Counted from the first letter of the stretch, positions 50,732 to 63,906 are shown. The stretch: DNA of 64,000 bases from Octopus sinensis (GCF_006345805.1 NC_043002.1:69998001-70062000), one strand, 5' to 3'. Made by a program: numbers and translations. The notes: generated from the sequence alone by a model not told the origin.

Positions 50732-51068
50732 AATATAGAGAAAAGTTTATTTCCACTCTATACCAGACGAATATATTTGTATTTTAAATCATTACCGTTT
50801 GTTATAACATTGTTATAGCTTCTCGTTTGCGAGTGGATGTAATCAAGTAGATCCGTCTTACCTTCCTCAGATAGACATTAAACCAAGATTTTTACAGAAG
50901 TAGCGAATCAAAGCATGGCATTAGTGACTCTTTTAAGGCTTTTAAATAGTATAAAGTGTTAAAAGCTAAAAAGAATGATACGAATGTGAAAGGAAACCAT
51001 ATCGAAGATTCAGTTCAACACAACGTTACCGTCAGCTTTATATTATCAACTTACCACTTACTATGTGC

Positions 51069-51108
<40 letters not shown>

Positions 51109-51514
51109 GCAGATGCACACACAGATACACTCACACGTTCATTCATACATCCATCAATACATACACACATACATGCGTACATAAATATATACATAGAGAC
51201 ATACGTACATATATACATGCGAAAGTACATATACACAACGCATACATACACAAGTGAGTATAGTCTATCTATCTATCTGTTTGTCTATCTGTCGGTCTGT
51301 CTGTGCATCTTTCTGTGTGTGTGTGTGTACATATATACATATATATATACATACATGCGTACACACACACATATAGATGCACACACACACATTTATGTAT
51401 ATAAATAATATATATTACCTCTCTGTATACTGTTTTTCTCAGTGTATGTATGTATGTGTGAGTGTGAGTGAGTGTGTATGCGTGTGTGTGCATTTGTGTG
51501 TGTGTATGTATGTG

Positions 51515-51577
<63 letters not shown>

Positions 51578-52266
51578 TTTTATCACTGTTATCGTACTTA
51601 GAGCAGTGCTAATAACTGTTGGCACAACTATCGCTAAATAGATGCCAAGATCCATTCTCGAAAGCTGAAATCTCATTACGGAAGGAAACAATTTATGTTG
51701 TGATTTAATTTACGGAGGAAATTGTGGTGAAACACAACGAAAACAGTAGAATAATGTATTGAAACTTTAAAAGATTTTACTATTTATCAGGTTAGTGCTA
51801 ACGGAGTTGCTTTATAACTTTGCTTTTAAATAATCACCAAAGAGAGAGAGAAAATAGTGATTTCTATTGCAATAATAATGATTTTGAAGATTGGTGGGAA
51901 GTGGTAATAATGGCGACGTGCGGGAGTTTCATATCATTTCATGTTAAAATTGTACTGAACTTGGCTTGATTTAACTTTCAACTCTCCAGGGTCGATGAAA
52001 TATGCAGCAGTAGTGATCGATTGAATCGAATATTATCACTTATTTCCATTGTTGGCTTTTTGCCTTCAGATTACAGTGATGTTTTATATAGGCACAAGGT
52101 CTCGGATTAATAGATATGATGAAAGAAACTTGTGTAGGCGCAGGCGTATCTTCTTAACAGTTGGTTGTGAAGTTTGTTTCGAAACTAAGTGATTTCGACA
52201 TTGATCGCATGGCGCGGTATCAAGAGTAATCTTTCTTTAGTAATCTCGGATCAACTAAAGTCTTAC

Positions 52267-52457
52267 AATAGATGAAAGCTGTGTGAAACCCACCAGGAAC
52301 TGCTCTTATTACTGGAGGAAGAAGACTTAATACGTCGCTCAGTTTAACAGCTCCTCTTGAAACTTGAATGGAGGCAGGTGGGCTTAGTGGTTGGGGTATA
52401 TTACTCAAGATTGCAAGAACGTGGTTTCAAATGGAGGACCGGGCGATGCGCTTTGTT
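52267..52457 (-). CDS. Candidate phase 1-1 exon (needs one extra T) of an unidentified gene
   Basis: ttttacacaag acceptor and GTAAGA donor. With one added base it reads EQSASPGPPFETTFLQSLSNIPQPLSPPASIQVSRGAVKLSDVLSLLPPVIRAVPGGFHTAFIY. Confidence 0.25.
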
Positions 52458-52980
52458 CTTGTGTAAAACACTTAATTTCACGATGTTCCATTTAACTCAG
52501 CGGTAAACGACTAACCGTGCGATGAAGAAATGCTGTGATCTCTGTCTCTTATACGTTATGAAAACTTGTAAACGACCCTATTAGCTCTAGGATTCGATAT
52601 AGTTGCATTTAAGGGTTACTCGAACCCTGGGTACTGGTCTGTGTATAGCTTCCTCTCCTCGTCTCAACAGTCTCGGAGGCCATGAAAAATGTTATGGGGT
52701 GTTGCTCTTTCTCTTCTAATTAAATCATGAATACATACATACTTACAATATATATAAATACATACATATGTGTGTGCGTGCGTGTGTGTGAATATGCATA
52801 TACATATACGTACATACATACATGCATAGATACATTTTACATAAGTTCAATAATGAATTTCCAGAAATAGGGGATGGGTGTAAGGGGATGAAGCGCTGTT
52901 TATCATCAAAAATCCATCTAACAGAAAACTTGAGTTATATAAGAAAAAATTGCATTAGTTCTTCAATATATTTGGACTAT

Positions 52981-53133
52981 AGGCGTGGGAGTGGCTGTGT
53001 GGTAAGTAGCTTGTTTAAGAACTACATGGTTCCGAGTTCAGTCCCACCTTGGGCTATTGTCTTCTACTATAGCCTCGGGCCGACCAAAGCCTTGTGAGTG
53101 GATTTGGTAGACGGAAACTGAAAGAAACCCGTC

Positions 53134-53220
<87 letters not shown>

Positions 53221-53460
53221 GTGTGTGTGTGTGTGTGTGTGTGTATGTTTGTGTGTCTGTGTTTGTCCCCCCAACATCGCTTGACAACCGATGCTGGTGT
53301 GTTTACGTCCCCGTCACTTAGCGGTTCAGCAATAGAGACCGATAGAATAAGTACTAGGCTTACAATGAATACGCCCTGGGGTCGATTTGCTTGACTAAAT
53401 GCGGTGCTCCAGCATGGCCACAGTCAAATGACTGAAACAAGTAAAAGAGTAAAGAGAGTA
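52981..53460 (+). mobile_element. Full-length SINE family A
   Basis: Aligns end to end with 37093-37498. Confidence 0.9.
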
Positions 53461-55160
53461 TATATTTCAATAGAAAAGTAACTTAATTCTGTTAACCTAT
53501 TAGATATGAATTTTAACCTAAAAACAGGTAAACATGCACCATACCATAAACCGAATTCTAAAATAACTTATATTGATATTAAAAGTAATCATCCAAAGTC
53601 AATTGGTAATTGTTTAGTTAAAAATATAGTCAGGAAATGTTTGAGGAAAATAAAGACATATAATATTGCTTTGGGAAAAGAAGGATATAAACAGAAAATT
53701 AAGTATAATTAACAAATTGTTAATAATATGAGTATAGATAATGAGGCAGGAACATATAATAATAATGTGAAAAACCCAAGATAACGGCTAGGATTAAAAT
53801 AAATAACACGAATAAAGAAGAAATAGATAATAGAATACACTGTGGAAATATGCTAAGAATAACCTAAATTAAAACGGAGTAGTAAACATGGATAAAACAG
53901 ACCAAAATACTAATGTATATATCCATATTGCGATAATAAAGATGTAAACCTAGATTAGACCTGATAAAAGAAACACGAATTATGATAGAAATGGGATATA
54001 TAAAAATAATGTAGTTTTTGACAAGATTGATAACTTGAAATCTGATGATGATAATAATCATAAAAATGGTAATTATAATACAAATAGAAATAAAAAAAAT
54101 ATACATATACTTTGTATAAAACCCACTAAAATAAACACAGGAAATTACTATACTACTAATAAAAAGTAAATGTTAATATTATCTGGCTAATCTTGCCCTT
54201 TGCTAAACAAATAAAAATTAATTTAATCAAAGTTATGCGCAGACTAGTAAATAAACACTCTACTTCTAATAAATAGAATGATATTAGTAAAAATAAATTT
54301 ACAAAATTTGGTTTTTCACTTACTAAAAATTTATTTAGATATATATCTTCAATTAATAATACAAAATTAATTTATTTTAATGAGAATCATAAAATTAATA
54401 TTTCTTCGAGAAACAGCAAACAATACATCTACCTGGCGTAATTGTGAAAATTATAGTCTAAACGGTCAGGGGGAAATAACCACCAATAAACTAATCTTTT
54501 AGTTAATTCCAAAGATAATCTGAATAAATTTTGCAATTGTAAGGTTAAAGAAAAATGCAAATTTAATAATTATTGAAAATTTAGGAATCTGATATATCAA
54601 GCTAACGTAGAAGCTCTTCTATATTGGATCAACAAAATGTTTTGTGAACACTAGAATTGCTAGTCGTGGAGGCGCAATGGCCCAGTGGTTAGGGCAGTGG
54701 ACTCGCGGTCGGAGGATCGCGGTTTCGATTCCCAGACTGGGCGTTGTGTGTGTTTATTGAGCGAAAACACCTAAAAGCTCCACGAAGTTCCGGCAGGGGG
54801 TGGGGGCGACTCCTGTTGTACTTTTTCACCACAACTTTCTCTCACTTTCTCTTCCTGTTTCTTGAGTAACGCTGCAATGGACTGGCGTCCCGTCCAGGGG
54901 GAACACATACGCCGCAGAAACCGGGCCCATGAGCCTGGCTAGGCTTGAGAAGGACGGAAAAAAGGATTGCTAGTCATATGAGTTCTTTTAGAAATCTCCA
55001 CAAACATAATAACACAAGCCATAGCAATTTCATCTCCAGATGAAAGGATAGCAATATTAGTTTTAAAATTAGATGGAAAATTTTAAGTTTTGCAAAATCT
55101 TATCGGCCGCCAAGTAGAATTTTTCCCTTTGTGCAAATGAATGGTATAATGAAAGGAGTG
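53461..55160 (+). mobile_element. Decayed AT-rich Penelope-like element (RT thumb, linker, GIY-YIG) interrupted by a SINE
   Basis: NLLDMNFNLKTGKHAPYHKPNSKITYIDIKSNHP; IIWLILPF; CNCKVKEKC; FYIGST...RIA, then the SINE, then SFRNLHKHNNT...FKIRWKI. Confidence 0.75.
54666..54965 (+). mobile_element. tRNA-derived SINE family C with a 10-bp TSD
   Basis: Head ggcgcaatggcccagtggttagggcagtggactcgcggtcggaggatcgcggtttcgattccc. TSD ATTGCTAGTC at 54656-54665 and 54966-54975. Confidence 0.9.
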
Positions 55161-55565
55161 AACAAGTTTCGGCCTGTTTACACGCACCTAAATATCATTA
55201 AATATTCCTTAATTATTATTATTAATAATAAATAATAGATTAAATATGTTTTCCAAGAACCATTAAATATTTCTTTACTATTATTAAATAGAAGACTAAG
55301 TATATTGGTTAATATCTGTTTTAGATATGTCATCTAAAAATCATTAAATATTTCTATAATATCATTATTAGATAGAAAGCTAGATGTATCTGTGAATACC
55401 TGAGTAGACAACTACATTACTGCATTATAGATATTACAATATAATATATTTAAGTTTTAGAAATATATACATATAAATACCTATATATACATACACTCAC
55501 ACACACGTGCATATATATATACCAAATGGTCATTTCTACATATATATATATATACATAGATATAC

Positions 55566-55623
<58 letters not shown>

Positions 55624-55626
55624 ATA

Positions 55627-55729
<103 letters not shown>

Positions 55730-56331
55730 ATATATATATATATTCATCATTCATTTATTATTATTTCAATTAGTAGAAATGCAGGATATTTTACCATAAT
55801 ATACATAATTCTAACATAAGCATAATATCGTATTTCAAATATTTAATATATATATGTAAGATTAATATATTTTATCTAATTATATCGAGTTGTATTACAA
55901 AACAGATGGAATTTATTACAAGTAAATAGTATAACCATTAACATTTTTACAAATTAATTCGGTTTTAAATAAACTTCTAATGGATATTTGATCGAACTAA
56001 CAAGATTATAAAATATTTCGTTGGTTTTTTTCTTTAAGCCAACATGACTCATGACGTAATACACATAATACATATCTGGTAGAAACATAATACACAATTT
56101 CTTGGTATATGAATAAGTAATCTAAATATCATGCATTGTGAATTTTTAAAAAACTTTTCTATCACAATATAGACTATAGATCCTTATTTCATGTTTATTA
56201 TATTTTATTATCTTTATTCCCTTCTTTTACCGCTTTTTGGACAAATTTGAATTATTTACAACTATATATAACATCTGTATATTTAACAGAGGCTTAAACA
56301 TAATATATATATGTATACACACACACATATG

Positions 56332-56439
<108 letters not shown>

Positions 56440-56492
56440 TGTATCGTTGGCGATTTTCTTTCCCCGTCTTCCCTTCTTTGGACTCTTTCTAT

Positions 56493-56527
56493 ATTTCTGA
56501 TGAAGAGCTCCGCTCGAAACGTGAAAT
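56493..56527 (+). ncRNA. Minimal hammerhead motif (family B) with a GUG triplet
   Basis: AUUU-CUGAUGA-A-GAGC(UCC)GCUC-GAAACG-UG-AAAU. A G at position 17 is expected to be poorly cleavable. Confidence 0.55.
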
Positions 56528-56627
56528 CCTCTTTCTTTTCTTTCCTTTCCTGAGCGTCCAATAACACTGTACTTATTCCACGTCCTCGCGTTGTTGTTTT
56601 TTTTTCTCGCTTGTTCATGTTTGCATC

Positions 56628-56692
<65 letters not shown>

Positions 56693-56737
56693 GCCACTAC
56701 ACATTCTTATTTTCTCTCCTTGTTTCTTTCTGTGTTC

Positions 56738-56773
56738 CTTTCTGTGGAAGAGCGTAGGCTCGAAACGTTGAAG
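56738..56773 (+). ncRNA. Minimal hammerhead-like motif (family A, core CUGUGGA)
   Basis: CUUU-CUGUGGA-A-GAGC(GUAG)GCUC-GAAACGUU-GAAG. Confidence 0.5.
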
Positions 56774-56961
56774 ACTTTTCACTTCCCGAGCGTTATACTA
56801 ATACATCTGTTTGTTGTCTACACCACCTGTCTTCGTCTTTTGTTTTTTTTTGTGAATGTGCATGTCCGTATGTGGATACCGTATTTTCTGGTATATTGCC
56901 CATTTTTTTGGCTGATTTCCTTCACTTCCCAAACAGAAATGACTAATTCTGCCTGTTTTAG

Positions 56962-57018
56962 ACAAAAGTATTAAAGTTGAATTTTTGAGACCAAAATTTA
57001 CAGCCTCTCCTCCAAAAG
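56962..57018 (+). CDS. Candidate symmetric 57-nt exon of an unidentified plus-strand gene
   Basis: ctaat branch-like motif plus tctgcctgttttag acceptor, xKSIKVEFLRPKFTASPPK, consensus donor AAG|GTAAGT. Confidence 0.4.
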
Positions 57019-58328
57019 GTAAGTCGACTTGTACACCGAAACGACTACTGAGTACCAAAAATTCCGTGTAAACTGTAGCAGGTTTTGGAAAGATAGAGAC
57101 GGTGTTTGAATGTTTACAGTATACGTTTACCGGGTGCAACATCGACTTGTATGCCGGAAAATGCGGCAAAAATAAATGGAAAAAATCATGGAGGGACAGG
57201 AAGAGGAGCTATGTGGTCAGTAAACGTGTTGAAAATAGCAGCTAAATTTACATTTACGACGATAGCTTACACTTATAAAAAAAATGTAAGATTTTAATGG
57301 ACAATGTGGTTTTAGATTCATGTTTCCTACACACAAGGATGGTCGAAGGGGAAACGTGTCAATGATCCAACACTTAAGAGAGTTTTCGACTTGCTAGAAA
57401 TGACAACAAAATTTCCCTTAAATTACACACTACTTAAAAAAACAAACTGTTATTTGAGTATACAGTAGACAATTTAGAATTACGTGTACAAAACAAGAAG
57501 GAAGAAGACGGTATAGCCATGGTTATAATGCTTTTGATCATATGTCTTCTGTATCAGAGATGAATTTTGGTTAAACCACATGAAGAAAGTGGACATAAAC
57601 CAACAAGGCGGGCTCGAGTTGGTCAAAGTCTAGAATAGGAGCAAAATTTTCCTTAAGTCATACATTACGATGTTAAAAAGTGACAAAGAAAAGAATAACA
57701 TTGATCAGCCTAGGGTTAAATAACAGTAGCTACAGCAAAGTGGACAAGAATGATAACTGAATGTGTGTGTTTGTTATTTAGTCTTGTTCATTTTTCTATA
57801 TTAAAAACAACAAAACATGAAGATATTTATTGTGTATCTAAATATACATAAGCTTTGTTGTTCATCGTTTCGAGAATATTTTTGCCACTTATAGCATTAA
57901 CAATTTTTATACATATATTTATATGTGCGATAAATAATCCATACACCTTCGCTACATTTCTTTGAAATAAAGAATTTATTTTATATTTTATGATAAAAAC
58001 TATATTTTATGATACTTTGCTAGAGAAAACACATTTCCCTCTACTTTATGATAACGAGAATTACTGTACGTCGTATGGTATAATAGTTTATGATAAAGAT
58101 TACATTTCATGGTACTTTGTGACGAAGGATATATATACACATTTAGATAAAATAATAATATTGTTGCTTTCTTTTTGTTTTTCTTTTGTTTTTCTTTTTG
58201 TAAAAGGATAGTTTGAAATCATAAAACAAGGATAACTCCTCCACGAAGCACTTCAGTTTATTGGAGAAGCTCTTCATGGCGTTGTTTTGAATGGTTGTAA
58301 TGTTGCTACAGCCGGGTTTCTGTATCGG

Positions 58329-58330
<2 letters not shown>

Positions 58331-58382
<52 letters not shown>

Positions 58383-58413
58383 GCCACTACCACTACTACT
58401 ACTACTACTACCA

Positions 58414-58504
<91 letters not shown>

Positions 58505-58521
58505 ATAACAACAACAACAGC

Positions 58522-58553
<32 letters not shown>

Positions 58554-58555
58554 CA
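58331..58555. repeat. (CTA)n followed by (AAC)n/(AAT)n microsatellite
   Basis: Direct inspection. Confidence 0.95.
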
Positions 58556-58851
58556 ACTATGACGATTTAAAGTGGCAAATACGAAGGTTGTAGTCAATGA
58601 AGAGAGTAGACATGATACCAATAAGTGGAGCACTTGGAAGCATCAGCACTTAACTACCAACATGGCTGAAAAAGATCGGTACAAATGTGAGGGTAGAGCA
58701 CCTACAAAAATCAGAATTGCTTGGCACTATAAGAATTCTTCGCAGGGTTCTTGAAGCATGACCAGCAAACAAGTGTCATCTTAGTCTGCTGGCAGTGGAT
58801 AAGAGACACTTTCCATCATACCCAACAAAATTAGCTGTAAGTTTTCATGAA
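58556..58851 (+). mobile_element. Short 3' end of an R4/Dong-like LINE inserted in (AAT)n
   Basis: YDDLKWQIRRL...GALG...VRVEHLQKSELLGTIRILRRVLE, homologous to 16620-16830. AAT repeats on both sides. Confidence 0.8.
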
Positions 58852-58867
58852 ATAATAATTTTAATAA

Positions 58868-59238
58868 TAACAAAAACACTCAGAGAGCACAAACCTCCGC
58901 CAAGGCAACACCAACGTCATCTCAATGATTAGCCAGAGATGATCTATAAAATGAAAATATCTGAAATAAAGTCGACTATTCTCACAAATGAGAATACTAA
59001 AAATGAACCTGATCGCTCTCAAAAATTAAGTAAAACAACAGGAAAAATAATCCAAAATCCTTGTCGGGTACCGGATCGATCCCAAAATCTAATCATTTCG
59101 TGCCAGTTACAAGGCCATACATCTCTGAAAGTTTCATCCGAATCCATCCAACGGCTCTTGAGATATTTTGTCAACGGCCAAACAAACAAGCAAACACGAC
59201 TGAAACAATACTTCCGCCTTCGTTAAGGCGGAAGTAAC
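58868..59238 (+). mobile_element. Helentron/DINE-1-like (HINE) non-autonomous element
   Basis: 5' subterminal CCTCCGCC and 3' hairpin TACTTCCGCCTT-cgtt-AAGGCGGAAGTA (59209-59236). Confidence 0.5.
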
Positions 59239-59244
59239 AATAAG

Positions 59245-59460
59245 AATTCTTTCTACTGAAGGTACAAGGACAGAAATTGTTGGGGATGGGACGAGTCGAT
59301 TACATCGACCCCAGTGCGTAACTGGTAATTATTTCATCGACCCCAAAAAGATGAAAGACAAAGTCGACCTTTGTGGAATTCGAACTCAGAACGTAAAGAC
59401 GGACGAAATGCCGCTAAGCATTTTGCCCGGCATGCTAACGATTCCGCCTGCTCGCCACCT

Positions 59461-59462
<2 letters not shown>
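59245..59462 (-). mobile_element. SINE family D
   Basis: Reverse complement starts aaggtggcgagcaggcggaatcgttagcatgcc. Confidence 0.75.
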
Positions 59463-59491
<29 letters not shown>

Positions 59492-59720
59492 AAGAAGAAG
59501 AAGAAGAAGAAAAAGAAAAAGAAGAAGAAGAAGAAGAGAAGAAAAAGAAAAGAAAAAGAAGAAGAAGAGAAGAAGAAGAAAAAGAAAAAGAAGAAGAAAA
59601 AGAAGAAGAAAAAGAAGAAGAAAAATAAGAAGAAGAAAAAGAAGAAAAAGAAGAAGAAGAAGAAGAAGAAGAAGAAGAAGAAGAAGAAGAAGGAGAAGAA
59701 GAAGAAGAACAACAACAACA
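59461..59720. repeat. (AAG)n purine microsatellite
   Basis: Direct inspection. It explains the poly-Lys, poly-Phe and poly-Leu ORFs. Confidence 0.95.
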
Positions 59721-60070
59721 ACTACAACCACAGCAATTTCATTTATTTGGCAATGATGATGGGGGTCAATACAAAGGTAGGCATAAAGTGTTGGGGTTTA
59801 CATATAACGAAATGATTAAAAAAGAGGTCAGTATACACTGAAAAGGAAGGGACATATACATAGCATACAAAGGTTTAAAAAAAAGGGAAGAGGAGAGGAG
59901 GAAAGGATGATGGAGATGTAACCTTCTTGATACAGGAGGACCTCTAGGGATAATCGAGGAATCTCACTGTCCGAGATTTATCTGAACACCAAGAACAGGT
60001 GCCCTCTCCTCTCCGACTTACAGCTTTACACTAAGAGTGGCACCATCCACTCTTGCCATTTTCGCAACTG

Positions 60071-60106
<36 letters not shown>

Positions 60107-60140
60107 TAATAATAATAATAATAATCATAATAATAATAAT

Positions 60141-61750
60141 ATGGTTGTAAAGATCAGTTACTCATCAATAAGATGATCTTGGAAGATTATCACAAGCAAC
60201 ACAAAAACCTGCCGATAAAAAAAGCTTTTGATAGTCTGCCACATAGTCTATAAAAAAGCTTTTGATAGTCTACCACATAGCTGGATTAAGAAATGCCTGG
60301 AAATGTATAAAATAGCTCCTACTCTGCGAAACTTCATGTCTGTAAGTTTGAGATCATGGAGAACCATACTGACTTTGAACCGTAACAATGAATCTCTCAA
60401 TACTGGAGATGTAAGAATTTCATGGCGCATTTTCCAGGGTGACTCTCTATCGCCACTCCTCTTTTGTCTAACCTTAATACCTCTCTCGAAATTGCTCGAT
60501 GATGTACAATATGGCTATAAAACGTTTGATAAAAATATAAATCATCTCATTTACATGCATGATTTAAAGCTCTTTGCAAAAAATGACCAACAGCTACAGG
60601 ATTTACTAGAAATTGTTAAACAATTCAATGATAACATCAGGATGCAATTTGGCCTCGATAAATGTACAAAAGCTACCTTTATCGAAGGAAAAATGGCAGA
60701 AAGATCCAATGTTAATCTTGTCCAATAGAATGTTATAAAGGAGTTAGAACCAGAGAAGTGCTACAAAAACCTTGGGGTATTTGAAGGTGATGTAATCAAA
60801 CATTCAATGATAAGGGAAAGGATCAGACGAGAATGTTACCGCAGGGTAAGAACAATAATCAAGACAAAGTTGAATGCAAGAAACAGGATCGAAGCGATCA
60901 ATACTTTAGCCATACCGGTCGTGACTTACAGTTTCAATATCATTAACTGGTCATTTACTGAAATATGTAATCTTGACAGAAAAATACGAAAATTGTTGAC
61001 AATGCATAGAGTGCATCACCTTAAGGCAGATATAGAACGACTTTACCTGCCATGAAAAGAGGGTGGCCGTGGACTTTTACGACTGGAATTAACAATGAAG
61101 ATTGCCACAATTGGCTTAAACATCTACCTGAAAACGCTGATGAGTGGATGTTAAAACTTGCCTTAAAGCATGAAAACAAGAAAGCATCATTCTCAGTAAC
61201 AAAATAGGCAAAGGAATATGTAAATGAATTCCAAATACAACAAATTCCAGAATTAGACGTACTGGAAACAAGCACAGAAAAAGCTAAGCGTATGTAAACC
61301 CGTGCTAAAACTGCTGCCTTAGGTATACTGATAAATGACAAGAAAAACCTCTTATTGGCAAATACCCAAAGAAAGCTAATAATGCCGATGTTGACAAAGC
61401 CCTTACTCATCAATGGTTAGTGTCTTCTGGCTTAAAATCTGAAACAGATCAATGTCTACCTAAAAGGAGCTACCAGGCCAACATATTAAAGAACGGCAGT
61501 AGCCCAACATGTCGTGTATGTAAACAACAAAATGAAACCATTGATCATGTTGTCTCCACGTGCAGTCTTCTTGCGCGTACAGGGTATCTAAATATGCATG
61601 ATAGAACAGCACCGTATATTCACTGGGTAATTTGCAAAATACCTTTACCTGTGCCATGATAAAAACTAGTGGAAAGGCAAACCGCCTCCAGTTCTTGAAA
61701 AGGATCACATTTCACTCCTCTGGAACTTCACCGTTCAAACTGACAGAAAG
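60141..61750 (+). mobile_element. Decayed R4/Dong-like RLE LINE (RT domain to zinc knuckle), 5'-truncated in (TAA)n
   Basis: KKAFDSLPHSW, IFQGDSLSPLLF, HLIYMHDLKLF (YMDD decayed), LNARNRIEAINT, CRVCKQQNETIDHVVSTC. Confidence 0.9.
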
Positions 61751-62296
61751 ATAATGTCACCTTTCTTCTTTCCTAATCTTGACTTTATACCCAGCATTTC
61801 TTTATTGAACGTGATATTTGCAAATCTGAGTTACTTTTGCCGTCGTTGCTCTTAAAGTTGTTATTATTGAATCACCAAAATCCCTTTCATTCATATAAAA
61901 ACCCCACAAAATAATAATTTTTTTGCTTGTTTCTAAAAGTTAGTCCTTGGTTTTAGAATATTTTGCCCGATTTTTCTCGTTTTTGTGTGTTGCCTCTTCA
62001 TTTGCAAAGACTTTTGTTTGTAGGAAGCACTTGATGCCGGCATTTTCTTTTGAATTAAAAACATGTGAAAAAAGCCCCCCGTTTTTTTTTTCATCCAAAC
62101 ATGGACAAAAAAGTTAACAACAGCCTGCTTATCATCCTTCCTTTCCTTTGAATAATCTCGAACAAATTGACGCAGAGAAACGAATCCCAAACTGAATAAG
62201 TGATAAAAATGTAATCCAGAAACGAAGGCATTATACAGTAAAATCTCAGAACTACAACAGCAAAACAACAACGTCAATAATAATAATAATAATAAA

Positions 62297-62814
62297 CCAG
62301 ACAGTGGCTCTCTGGAAGTGTTATCATGTACATTGTTTTGTCTTGGTTTAAAAGACAGGCTACTGCAAATATTCTGCTCAATACCACAGATTTGCTTGTC
62401 AATTGTTTGACCTTAGCCAGTTGAGCATGTCCCTTAGTGACTGACGATATGTGCATCTCTGATCACGAGCAGAAGTAGTGGGGGAGCATCATAGCCATGT
62501 GTTGGGAGGGATTCTTTGGGGTTTGAATAATTCACCTCTGGAAACATGGGTGTTTCGTTCAACATACTTAAACAACCCTTATTCAGGGACCTTTTGAGCG
62601 GGATGGGTTACTCGACCAGAAGAAAATTCTAACTGGGCCCCACCTGCAAGGTCATGTGCTGTATATCTTGATATGAGATCACCATGTCGCACACACATGG
62701 TTGTGATGCATGTGTCTAGTGTACCCTTATCAGACAGGTAATCATGATGGGTATACTGGGCTTCGTATATTTTAACCCAGTGTCACTTTGATGGCATTCC
62801 CTGCTCTCTCACTC
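62297..62814 (+). mobile_element. 0.55-kb (TAA)n-nested element
   Basis: Same family as 17016-17605, with AAT repeats on both sides. Confidence 0.8.
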
Positions 62815-62831
62815 AATAATAATAATAATAA

Positions 62832-63310
62832 TATTGGTTTCAAATTTTTGCACAAGGCTAGCATGTTCGGGGGAAGGAACAAGTCGATTACATCAACCCT
62901 AGTGCTCGACTGGTACTTATTTTATCGACTACGAAAGGGAGGAAAGGCAAAGTCGACCTCGGCGGGATTTGAGTTCAGAACGTAAAGAACCTGAAGAATT
63001 ACCGTTAAGCAATTTGTCCAGCAAGTTAACGATTCTGTTAGCTCTCTGTCCTGTTTATAACAACAACAACAACCACAAAAACAACAACAACAATAATAAA
63101 AACGGTTTCGAAATTTGGCACAAGGCCAGCAATTTTGGGGGAAAGGGTAAATCGATTAGATCGAACCCAGTGCTCAACTGGTACTTATTTTATCGACTCC
63201 AAAAGGATGGAAGATAAAGTCGACCTCGGCAGGATTTGAACTTAAAATGTAAAGGCAAACGAAATGCCGCTAAGCATTTTGCCCGACATGCTAACGATTC
63301 TGTCAGATTT
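62832..63310 (-). mobile_element. Two tandem SINE family D copies
   Basis: About 62832-63050 and 63098-63310, each homologous to 50332-50731 in reverse. Confidence 0.7.
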
Positions 63311-63674
63311 TCTTCTTCTCTTCTTTCTTCTTTCTTCTTCTTTTCTTCTTCTTCTTCTTCTTTCTTCCCTTCTCTTCTTCTTCTTCTTCTCTTCTTCTTT
63401 TCTTCTTCTTCTTTTTCTTCTTCTTTCTTCTTCTTTCTTCTTCTCTTCTTCTTCTTCTTCTTCTTCCTCCTTCTCTTCTTCTCTTCTTCTTCTTTTCTCT
63501 TTCTCTTCTTTTCTTCTTCTTCTTTCTTCTTCTTCTTTTCTTCTTCTTTCTTCTTCTTCTTCTTTCTTCTTCTTCTTCTTCTTCTTCTTCTTCTTCTTCT
63601 TCTGCTTCCTCTTCTTCTGCTTCCTTTCTCTTCCTCTTTCTTCCTCTTCTTCTGCTTCCTCTTTCTCTTCCTCT

Positions 63675-63715
<41 letters not shown>

Positions 63716-63825
63716 TTTCTTACTTCCCTCCTCCTCCTCCTCCTCTTCTTCTTCTTCTTCTTCTCACCACCACCACCACCACCACCACCACCACCACCAC
63801 CACCACCACCATCACCACCACCACC

Positions 63826-63906
<81 letters not shown>
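63308..63906. repeat. Compound (CTT)n/(CAC)n/(TAC)n microsatellite
   Basis: Direct inspection. Confidence 0.95.
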
